DNA from: Acaryochloris thomasi RCC1774
GTDB lineage: Bacteria > Cyanobacteriota > Cyanobacteriia > Thermosynechococcales > Thermosynechococcaceae
Direction: 5' to 3'
Length of the DNA: 32,000 bases
Assembly (NCBI RefSeq): GCF_003231495.1
Contig: NZ_PQWO01000003.1
Location: 270,001 to 302,000 of the forward strand
In this document: in pieces, positions 16,277 to 24,146 of the stretch
How positions within the stretch are numbered: the stretch's first letter is position 1
How the letters are laid out: every line of letters begins with the position of its first letter
The notes under the pieces: model-generated
The model's input: the letters and a program-made list of their open reading frames with translations, nothing else
Database searches by the model: none
What the model was told of the DNA's origin: nothing
Program-made: the position numbers and the translations under genes

Positions 16277-16651
16277 GTGCCTCAACAACTGCAGCAGGGA
16301 GAGGGCTGGCGGCTGGGCTGGAATCCTGACGCAAACGACTTTCGCGCCTTAGTCGGGGCTAATGATTGGGCTGTCGAATTGACGGGGCCTGAGTTTGATG
16401 ACTTCAGCCGGTTATTATCGGAGCTACTGGAAACCCTCGCGCAGATGCAGTCAGAACTGATGGACTCAGAGGCCATTGCCTGCGAAGCCACAAGCGATCT
16501 GCTCTGGATACAGGTTCACGGCTATCCCCCGAAGTTTCAGCTCAGCTTTATGCTGCACCACGGGCGTCGCGCTGAAGGCAGTTGGGATGAGGCCGCAACG
16601 GCTGCTTTTGTCACCGCTCTGCAAACCATTCAGCATTTATCAGATTCATAG
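16277..16651 (+). CDS. Conserved cyanobacterial hypothetical protein (DUF1818-like by recollection)
   Basis: 124 aa. The GTG start directly abuts the upstream TAA. The motif GEGWRLGWNPD is followed by an acidic helical segment. The family assignment is from memory only. Confidence 0.55.
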   Translation: MPQQLQQGEGWRLGWNPDANDFRALVGANDWAVELTGPEFDDFSRLLSELLETLAQMQSELMDSEAIACEATSDLLWIQVHGYPPKFQLSFMLHHGRRAEGSWDEAATAAFVTALQTIQHLSDS

Positions 16652-16670
16652 AATGCTGCACTGCTAAAGA

Positions 16671-17525
16671 CTAGCGAATCTGAAGGCAGCACCAGTCCTC
16701 TTGCTGTGTCATCTCCATAACCTGCCAGCCGTGTTCAGATAGAGCATCGGTAATCATTGCGGCTTGACTCACCAAAAGGCCGCTCAAGAGTCCCCAGGCA
16801 CCGGGCCGCACAATAGACCTAAACTGAGGCATGAGCTGCACAATCACCTCTGCCAAAATATTGCAGACAAAGCCATCGACAAGCTGATCTGTCGCAATCA
16901 CCTGCTCAATACTGCCGAGATCAAACTGAATGCGATCGGCAGCTATGCCATTAAGGTTACGACTTTCCCGTGCGGCATCGACGGCCAGCGGATCGGTATC
17001 GACACCATACACTCGCTGCACGCCCAGCAGAGCCGCCGCGATCGATAAGATGCCTGAGCCACACCCAAGATCGGCCAGGGTTTCTGCCGACTGTGACTCC
17101 AATGCCCTTAAGCAGAGCTGCGTCGTGGCATGAGCGCCAGTTCCAAAAGCCACGCCTGGGTTGAGCGTTACCACCAGTCGATCTGTGTCTGGCAGCGGTA
17201 ACCACGCGGGATGGATCAGCAAACGATCACCGATCTCTTCTGGGTGCCAGTGGGCTTTCCAGCTTTTGGCCCAGTCCTCCTCCGGGACAATCTGCCAGGT
17301 TACGGTCAAGTCGCCACACCCCATCTCTGCCACATCCTGACGCAGCATAGCGGCAATCTGTTCTAGATCAGGAGCCTGACTCTCGGGTAGGTAGCCCCGC
17401 ACCATAAAGGACTGATCCGTTTGTTGGCTGGCAGTGCCTAAGCAGCCTTGCTCTTGCAACCGCCAGCAAATTGGGTCGTCTAGAAGCGGATCAGCCGTGA
17501 CCGAGATTTCCCACCATTGCGTCAC
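16671..17525 (-). CDS. prmA: Ribosomal protein L11 methyltransferase
   Basis: 284 aa. Has the WWEISV N-terminus, the SAM motif DLGCGSGILSIAAALLG and GVDTDPLAV. The GTG start overlaps the serA stop (GTGA). Confidence 0.88.
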   Translation of the reverse strand: MTQWWEISVTADPLLDDPICWRLQEQGCLGTASQQTDQSFMVRGYLPESQAPDLEQIAAMLRQDVAEMGCGDLTVTWQIVPEEDWAKSWKAHWHPEEIGDRLLIHPAWLPLPDTDRLVVTLNPGVAFGTGAHATTQLCLRALESQSAETLADLGCGSGILSIAAALLGVQRVYGVDTDPLAVDAARESRNLNGIAADRIQFDLGSIEQVIATDQLVDGFVCNILAEVIVQLMPQFRSIVRPGAWGLLSGLLVSQAAMITDALSEHGWQVMEMTQQEDWCCLQIR

Positions 17526-19105
17526 TGGAGCGTCACGATGTAAGAATCACGAATGCCCTCAGTTTTATTGATTTCTGCAACGACACCCTCTGGAGGCAGA
17601 TCATCTAAGCTGAGGACCATGACCGCATCACCGCGCACCATCTTGCGGCCCACCTGCATACTGGCAATATTGACGTTGAAGCCCCCCAGTTGGGAACCGA
17701 TCTGGCCGATAATCCCCGGCATATCTCGGTGCAGGGTAATCAGCATATGGTTGGCCGGGGCGACGTTAACCGGGAAGTCATCAATATCTGTAATCCGAAT
17801 CTCGTTGTCGCCCAGCAATGCCCCCGTGACCGATCGCGTTTCCAGCGGTCCCTTGGCCTCAAGGTGAATGGAGCCAGCATAGTCTCGGGCCGCCGCATCA
17901 CGGGTTTCAATCACTCGAATGCCGCGCTCTTTTGCTTCAATGCCAGCGTTGACGTAGTTGACGCGCTCCTGCAGGGCCGGAGACAGAAGCCCCTTCAGTG
18001 CCGCAATCACAATCGGATCGCTTTCGTTGTTTGCCAACTCGCCCTGCAGGCGGATATCGAGGGACTCGATGCGACCTCCAGCCAGTTGCCCCACTAGGTT
18101 ACCGAGAGTCTCAGCCAGCAGCATATAAGGCTGTAGCTTCTCTAGAACCTCGGGCCGCAGTCCAGGAATATTGACGGCGGAGCGGGCCGGTAGCCCCAAC
18201 AGCACGTCTCGAATTTGCTCGGCTACGTCTACTGCCACATTAGTTTGCGCTTCTTCGGTGGAAGCACCCAAGTGGGGAGTCAGAATTAGATCGCCTTCTA
18301 CCGCAGAGAGAGGAGATTCGCCGAGGGGTTCGTTCTCAAATACATCTAAGGCTGCTCCTGCGATTTGCCCCTCATCTATAGCCTTTGCCAAAGCGGCTTC
18401 ATCAATAATGCCGCCTCGGGCACAGTTGACGATCCGGGCGGTGGACTTCATCTTTGCCAGGGTCTCAGCGTTAATGAGGTGGTAAGTCTCTGGCGTTTTA
18501 GGGATGTGAAGAGTGATGTAATCGGCTTCGCTAAACAGAAAATCCAGCTCCACCAGTTTGCAGCCTAGCTGCTCCGCTCGCTCTTGGGATAAAAACGGAT
18601 CGTAGGCGAGCAACTGCATGCCCATGGCCCGTGCGACCTTCGCCACATGGGAGCCAATTTTACCGAGGCCCACAATGCCGAGCGTTTTTTTGTAAACTTC
18701 AACACCCGTGAACTTTTTGCGTTCCCACTTGCCTGCTTTGAGGGAGACGTTGGCCTTGGGGACGTGGCGAGAGAGGGCCAGCATCATGGTAAGTGCGTGT
18801 TCAGCCGCAGCAATGGTGTTGCCTTCAGGGGAGTTGACCACCACAATTCCCTTGCGGGTGGCGGAGGGAATATCAACGTTATCGACGCCAACCCCGGCCC
18901 GACCAATAATTTTGAGGAGCTTACCGGCTTCAATAACTTCGGGGGTGACTTTAGTTCCCGAACGGATCATCAGAGCATCGTAGTTGGGAATGACCTGAAT
19001 CAGTTGTTCGGGGGTGAGGTCAGTTTGAACATCGACTTGGGCCACTTGACCCAGCAGTTCAATACCGACGGGGTCAATGGGATCGGAAACGAGAACCTTA
19101 GGCAT
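17522..19105 (-). CDS. serA: D-3-phosphoglycerate dehydrogenase (long form with ASB and ACT domains)
   Basis: 527 aa. Has the NAD motif GIVGLGKIGSHVA, the catalytic blocks NCARGG and TPHLGAST, and a C-terminal ACT-like region. Confidence 0.93.
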   Translation of the reverse strand: MPKVLVSDPIDPVGIELLGQVAQVDVQTDLTPEQLIQVIPNYDALMIRSGTKVTPEVIEAGKLLKIIGRAGVGVDNVDIPSATRKGIVVVNSPEGNTIAAAEHALTMMLALSRHVPKANVSLKAGKWERKKFTGVEVYKKTLGIVGLGKIGSHVAKVARAMGMQLLAYDPFLSQERAEQLGCKLVELDFLFSEADYITLHIPKTPETYHLINAETLAKMKSTARIVNCARGGIIDEAALAKAIDEGQIAGAALDVFENEPLGESPLSAVEGDLILTPHLGASTEEAQTNVAVDVAEQIRDVLLGLPARSAVNIPGLRPEVLEKLQPYMLLAETLGNLVGQLAGGRIESLDIRLQGELANNESDPIVIAALKGLLSPALQERVNYVNAGIEAKERGIRVIETRDAAARDYAGSIHLEAKGPLETRSVTGALLGDNEIRITDIDDFPVNVAPANHMLITLHRDMPGIIGQIGSQLGGFNVNIASMQVGRKMVRGDAVMVLSLDDLPPEGVVAEINKTEGIRDSYIVTLQ

Positions 19106-19250
19106 GATTTAAGTCTGTAGTGTGTGTTCAGTAAGGCTGAGCTGGCAAGGAGGCAGCAACCTCTTTCACGCCGCTGGCGATTTAGATTTATCTGTAAGCC
19201 GCTATTGTACAGAATTGAGCTGTCCGCGTGAAGGTTCCCCAAATCACTCT

Positions 19251-19949
19251 TCAGACAATTGCCTTTTCAACGGAACGTAGGCGACCGTCTTCCATGTGGA
19301 TCAGGCGATCGGCCACGTCTAAAATTCGGTTGTCATGGGTGACGATGATGATGGTGCAGCCCTGCTGCTTGGCTAGCTTTTGCATCAGTTCCACGACATC
19401 TCGGCCTGTGTGTTTATCTAAGGCTGCGGTGGGTTCATCGGCGAGGACGATCTTGGGTTGGCTGACGAGGGCACGGGCTATGGCAACCCGTTGCTTCTGT
19501 CCCCCCGATAGCTCCTGCGGGAAATAATCTCTCCAGTCCTTTAGCCCCACAGCTTCCAGCATTTCGGAGCTTTGCTGCACTGCTTGCGTTCCTGAAATCT
19601 CGGGATGCAAATCTAAAGACATCTGGACGTTCTGACGCGCCGTTAACGAATGCAGCAGATTGTGGGACTGAAAAATATAGCCAATGTTGCGGCGCACCTT
19701 GACTAACTTATTTGTTCCGGTGCGCTGTAGCTCTTGTCCTAGAACTTTGAGGCTGCCTTCTTGAGTGGAGCGCAGTGCTCCCATCAGCGTCAGCAGCGTG
19801 GTTTTTCCCGATCCTGAGGGGCCAGTCATGATCACCACTTCGCCCGCATGAATTTCAGCACAGATCTCAAACAGAATCTGCTTGCGGAGTCGTCCTTTGC
19901 CGAAAGAATGGTTGACGTTATCAATGGCGATCACGGGTTCAGAGATCAT
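19251..19949 (-). CDS. devA: ABC transporter ATP-binding protein, DevA-like
   Basis: Walker A GPSGSGKTT, signature LSGGQKQR and Walker B IVLADEPT. Start taken at ATG 19949 (MISEPVIAI...). The longer ORF to 20009 would overlap devC. Confidence 0.85.
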   Translation of the reverse strand: MISEPVIAIDNVNHSFGKGRLRKQILFEICAEIHAGEVVIMTGPSGSGKTTLLTLMGALRSTQEGSLKVLGQELQRTGTNKLVKVRRNIGYIFQSHNLLHSLTARQNVQMSLDLHPEISGTQAVQQSSEMLEAVGLKDWRDYFPQELSGGQKQRVAIARALVSQPKIVLADEPTAALDKHTGRDVVELMQKLAKQQGCTIIIVTHDNRILDVADRLIHMEDGRLRSVEKAIV

Positions 19950-19956
19950 GGGTGAG

Positions 19957-21120
19957 CTAGAAGATATCCGCAGGGTCAGCAGCCTGGACTTTTCGCATTG
20001 CGATCGCACCTGACAACAAACACATTACTAAGGTTAGAGTAAAGACCAGTAAAGCGCGACTGGTCACCATTGTGAGTGGTAGAGCTGTGGCACTGCGCGT
20101 CAGGCCATAGAGCAGCCAAGACAGGCCAAACCCCGGCAGGTAGCCTAGTACGGACAGAATTAACGCTTCCTGTATCACCACAGAAAACAGGAATGTGCTT
20201 TTGTATCCCATTGCTTTGAGAGTTGCATATTCTGGCAGGTGGTTCGAAACATCAGTGTATAAAATCTGGTACACAATCACGATGCCCACAATAAAGCCCA
20301 TCATCGTCCCGAGGGTAAAAATAAAGCCAATGGCGGTGCTGCTGCGCCAATAAGCCTGCTCAAATTCAGTAAAACCCTCCTTAGAAAGAACAATGACATC
20401 ATCGGGAAGGGTTGTTTGTAGCCGCTGAATCACGCTCTCAATATCCGCTTCTGGCTGCGTCCGAATAAGGCCCACATCAATGAGCCCTGGAGGACGCTGA
20501 TCAAAAATCCGCAGAAAATTGAGATCGCTGGTGATCAAATTACCGTCGGCAGCAAAGGAGGCTCCCAGCGTAAATAATCCCCCCACCCGAACTTCACGAC
20601 TAGAGACCTCGGTTGTGACCCGCTTCCCCTGCCTAAACTCAGCGGCGATCGGCCCAAACTCTTCCCGTGAGGCCTGATCAAATAGAACGACGTCTGGGAC
20701 TTTGACCTTATTCTGCAGGGCTTCTACCTCTGGCAGGTCTAACACAGATACATCTGGATCAAACGCAAGGGCCAAAATTTGCCGGGTCTCACGGGTCTCA
20801 GGATTTTTCCAAAAGCCAAAGTCTAAGTAAATAGGGATCACAGACTCAACCCCGGCGATCCCCTGAGCTTGGTAAAGGCGACTACGGGCAAAGCTCTTCA
20901 TGGCAATCAATGCCGTTGATTGGGGATTAATCAACACGATGTCGGTTTTCAAGCGCCGATGTAGCGTTACAGATGATTCAAAGAGCGCGTCTTGAAAGCC
21001 AAGCTGCAGCATCATCAGAATGACAGCAAAGGCGATGCCTGCTAAAGCAATGACGAGTCGAGCTTTTTCTCGGACGAGCTGCAGCCAAGCTAGCGGAATC
21101 GCAAAGATCATTAAGAGCAT
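19957..21120 (-). CDS. devC: ABC exporter permease, DevC-like (FtsX/MacB-type)
   Basis: 387 aa. It has an N-terminal TM helix, a large periplasmic domain and three C-terminal TM helices. It sits between the HlyD-type and ATPase genes. Confidence 0.8.
   Translation of the reverse strand: MLLMIFAIPLAWLQLVREKARLVIALAGIAFAVILMMLQLGFQDALFESSVTLHRRLKTDIVLINPQSTALIAMKSFARSRLYQAQGIAGVESVIPIYLDFGFWKNPETRETRQILALAFDPDVSVLDLPEVEALQNKVKVPDVVLFDQASREEFGPIAAEFRQGKRVTTEVSSREVRVGGLFTLGASFAADGNLITSDLNFLRIFDQRPPGLIDVGLIRTQPEADIESVIQRLQTTLPDDVIVLSKEGFTEFEQAYWRSSTAIGFIFTLGTMMGFIVGIVIVYQILYTDVSNHLPEYATLKAMGYKSTFLFSVVIQEALILSVLGYLPGFGLSWLLYGLTRSATALPLTMVTSRALLVFTLTLVMCLLSGAIAMRKVQAADPADIF
20000..20007. repeat. 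HIP1 octamer GCGATCGC
   Basis: Exact match read in the sequence. Confidence 0.95.
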
Positions 21121-21122
21121 GT

Positions 21123-22316
21123 TTAGCCCTGAGGGCGAATAACAACGTCAACCTGCAGGTTCGTCAGTTGTGCCACAGGTGAGCCGTTGGCAAGGCCAAT
21201 TTTGACCTCAATGACCCGAGAATCAGTATTGGCAGCCGGATCCGTATCGAGGACGTCATTTTTACCAATTCGTAGCCCGACCTGCTTGACGACCCCATAC
21301 AGCTCACCATCAAAGGCAGGACTGGTCACCATTGCAGATTGACCGACCTTGACGTGCCGAATATCTGTTTCGTAGACCTCTGCCACCACAACCATGCGGC
21401 TGGTGTTGCCCATTTCTACAATGGTAGGATCCCCGTCAGAACCACCCTGACTCCCGCCGAGAGGAACGGCTTCACCTTCTCGCAGCAGCACTTTAAGAAT
21501 TTGTCCGTTTTGCGGAGCGGCAATGATGGTACGCGCAAGGCGGGCGTTGGCAACCTCTAGCTCCCGAATTCTAGAGGCAACCTGTGTTTGCACTTGGGAT
21601 TTGATGGTACCGGCCCGTGCCATGTCCACTTGGGTGGTGGCGTTGGCGAAATCAGTCTGGAGCTGCTGTCTGAGTTGAGCAAAGGTGGCGGCGGCGTTGT
21701 TTAGCTCTTCTTGTCTGCTCCGGAGGGCCAAGGCGCGATCGTCGAGTTCTTTGGCAGAAATTGCCCCTCGCTCCTGCAGGTACTGAAAACGTTGATAATC
21801 TTTTTGGGCCAGCGTTAGTTCAGCTTTTAAGCGCTCTACGGTGGCAGCTTGGGCACGCATCTGCTCGGCCTTAGGCTGGCTCACCTGGGCCTGTCGCGTT
21901 TGGGCCTCCTGTACCTGTACCTGTCCTAACTGCTGTTCGCTGGCGAGCAGCGCTTTGGCTTCCTGTAGCTGGCTTTTGGCGAGATCCCGTTCAGCCAGTT
22001 GCTCAGGGTAGCTCTCTAGGTAAGCAATGGCCTGTCCCTGCTTCACCTCTTGGCCGTCTTGCACCAGCATCCGCAGAATACGTTCGCCTGCGGGAGCGCC
22101 GATTTTGATGATTTCACCTTCGGGTTCTACGCGCCCCAGAGCCGTCACAAGTCGGCCACCGGTCTCAGAAGCTTGCTGACCTTCTGCTGAGGCCTCTTCG
22201 CCTGGCTGGAGCTGAGCAACTCGGGCGATGCCTACGGCAGCCGTTGTTAAGGCCACAAGAATGGCTCCGCCCACAATCCATTTGCCCGGAGGCTTCAATA
22301 ACGGTTTATCACCCAC
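21123..22316 (-). CDS. devB: HlyD-family membrane-fusion protein, DevB-like
   Basis: 397 aa. It has an N-terminal TM helix, a long coiled-coil region (Q/A/E/L-rich) and flanking beta-barrel segments. GTG start; the stop lies 2 nt before the devC ATG. Confidence 0.8.
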   Translation of the reverse strand: MGDKPLLKPPGKWIVGGAILVALTTAAVGIARVAQLQPGEEASAEGQQASETGGRLVTALGRVEPEGEIIKIGAPAGERILRMLVQDGQEVKQGQAIAYLESYPEQLAERDLAKSQLQEAKALLASEQQLGQVQVQEAQTRQAQVSQPKAEQMRAQAATVERLKAELTLAQKDYQRFQYLQERGAISAKELDDRALALRSRQEELNNAAATFAQLRQQLQTDFANATTQVDMARAGTIKSQVQTQVASRIRELEVANARLARTIIAAPQNGQILKVLLREGEAVPLGGSQGGSDGDPTIVEMGNTSRMVVVAEVYETDIRHVKVGQSAMVTSPAFDGELYGVVKQVGLRIGKNDVLDTDPAANTDSRVIEVKIGLANGSPVAQLTNLQVDVVIRPQG

Positions 22317-22392
22317 AGTTTGACCTATTTATCTAACTCAATTGTAGAGGCAATTTGTCTGGGCTGTTTTTAGGGTGAGATTTGCTGGTTCT

Positions 22393-23832
22393 TTAGTCGT
22401 TGTGGGCGTGTTCAAATTCGTAGACGTAAAACAAACGGCTGAATTTCTGCAGCAAATATCCCCCCCCAGCCAAGAGAATGGAGGATGCGATCGCGACCCA
22501 AAAACCAACAGACGGCATCACCCATAGCTGACTTGTCGCACGAATCGCCCGAGCATCCACCAAAATCCCAACGCCAAAGCAGATGATCGCCGCAACGTAA
22601 GCCACCACCGTCACCCGCTGAATATTTTTCAACGCTTGGCGACAGACCTGGCAGTCTTTTGTATGGGTTGACCAAACATCGAACAAAACCTGCTTATCGC
22701 GCTCAGCAGGTGGTAGCTCTGGGTCACAGGCCCAGGGAATGCCGCCTCCAGCTTTGTACTGCAGCCACTTGCGAAAGGCGATAATCGCCTTGTCTTGGGG
22801 ATTTGGTGTATAAACCTGATCGAGCCATTCTTCTGACCGACGCGCAATGATCTTTTCTTGATAGTGCAAGAACACCAAGTCTTGATGCATAAACAGCGAT
22901 GTGAGGGCATGGCCTAACCACTGTGGCATGGGTAGCCCGTAGAATCCCAAGCCCGACGGCAACTGGCCCGCTTCATTTTTGACTAACACCTGACACCCAA
23001 CTTGGCGACACCAGCCCGGACGAGTGGGGCTTGCATAGAGAGCCAAAATAAACTTGCCGCCATCTTTATACTGCGAGCCAATGTGGACTAAACAAGGGGG
23101 CTGAAAGTCTTGGACCGTCTGCGCAATCACGTCAGGGGTCGGGCCAACCTTGAAGGACAGTCCTTCTTGGGCAGAGACTTCTTTGACGCGAGACATCTCC
23201 ACGTAGCGCGCATCTTCTCGTTTGCCCATAATGCCGTGGTGGGACACGGTGACGTGGGCAGGGTCGATGACGTTCTCAATGAAAGAGTCCCAGCCGTAGG
23301 GCAAGTCCCGAACGTACCAGAACAGCTTTTTAACTCGGCCTGAATCATCTTCAAGCTCTGGAATAATGCGAGGCTCACGCATCTGGCTTTCTAGGTATGC
23401 TTCTGCGCCTGATTCAGCCCAGATCCACAGCAGCCCCTGACGCTCTTGTGTTGGATATGCGATCGCACATGCCTTCGGGTTTGCCTTGTGCTTCTCTTCC
23501 GTCGCTGCATCCTTTGATTGAGGGATGCTAACGCAGTTTCCGGCTCCATCAAATCGCCAAGCATGGTAAGCACAGAGTAAAGTGCCGTCGTCCTCCACTC
23601 GACCTTCTGAGAGAGGTACCAAACGGTGAGGGCAGGCATCTTCAAAGCAGTGCCATTGCTTATCCCCATCGCGCCACAACACCAAGTCTTTTCCTAAAAG
23701 CTGCACTGCATGAGGTTTCTTTGGGTCCAGTAGCTCAGTCACAGCCAATGGGTACCACTGCTTTGTCCATTGAAAGACCTCTTGCTCATTTTCAGAGGAC
23801 ACTTCAACGGAGCGCGCTTCGGCCAGACTCAT
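22393..23832 (-). CDS. Rieske [2Fe-2S] non-haem-iron oxygenase of the pheophorbide a oxygenase (PaO/Tic55/LLS1) family
   Basis: Rieske motif CPHRLVPLSEG...CAYHAWRF. Mononuclear iron motif ENVIDPAHVTVSHHG. It also has a CxxC near the C-terminus followed by two TM helices. Confidence 0.85.
   Translation of the reverse strand: MSLAEARSVEVSSENEQEVFQWTKQWYPLAVTELLDPKKPHAVQLLGKDLVLWRDGDKQWHCFEDACPHRLVPLSEGRVEDDGTLLCAYHAWRFDGAGNCVSIPQSKDAATEEKHKANPKACAIAYPTQERQGLLWIWAESGAEAYLESQMREPRIIPELEDDSGRVKKLFWYVRDLPYGWDSFIENVIDPAHVTVSHHGIMGKREDARYVEMSRVKEVSAQEGLSFKVGPTPDVIAQTVQDFQPPCLVHIGSQYKDGGKFILALYASPTRPGWCRQVGCQVLVKNEAGQLPSGLGFYGLPMPQWLGHALTSLFMHQDLVFLHYQEKIIARRSEEWLDQVYTPNPQDKAIIAFRKWLQYKAGGGIPWACDPELPPAERDKQVLFDVWSTHTKDCQVCRQALKNIQRVTVVAYVAAIICFGVGILVDARAIRATSQLWVMPSVGFWVAIASSILLAGGGYLLQKFSRLFYVYEFEHAHND
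22487..22494. repeat. HIP1 octamer GCGATCGC
   Basis: Exact match read in the sequence. Confidence 0.95.
23459..23466. repeat. HIP1 octamer GCGATCGC
   Basis: Exact match read in the sequence. Confidence 0.95.
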
Positions 23833-24146
23833 CTCAAAACCTCGGTGGACTAGGCTTACATTTCTTTACAAATTCTAAATGATTTTGAGAGCTCAGTTAT
23901 GAGAGGACAAATTACGTCCAGTCTTTGGCCTCTCAAATCGCTTAGCCAAATTAATAATTCAGTATTTTTAAATACTCTAGCGGTGCCAATCTTCGTGGCA
24001 GAGTAACTGAACCTAGCTTTCTCAATCTTTCACCGCTTATTTTTCGAAATCGCAGTATTGCTTACTTAAAACCTCGAAGACTCTAATGCTGGACTAGACT
24101 TCAGCGCACGCGCTAGGGTGTATATACCTCAATTGGAGAACCGTTC

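Noticed and set aside
18647-19120. 157-aa plus-strand ORF
   Set aside because: It lies entirely antisense within serA, a well-supported gene. The sequence is low-complexity and Gly/Asn/Phe-rich, which is typical of a shadow ORF in GC-rich coding DNA.
19950-20009. N-terminal extension of the devA ORF, which overlaps devC
   Set aside because: The internal ATG at 19949 gives a typical ABC ATPase N-terminus and avoids a 53-nt overlap with devC.
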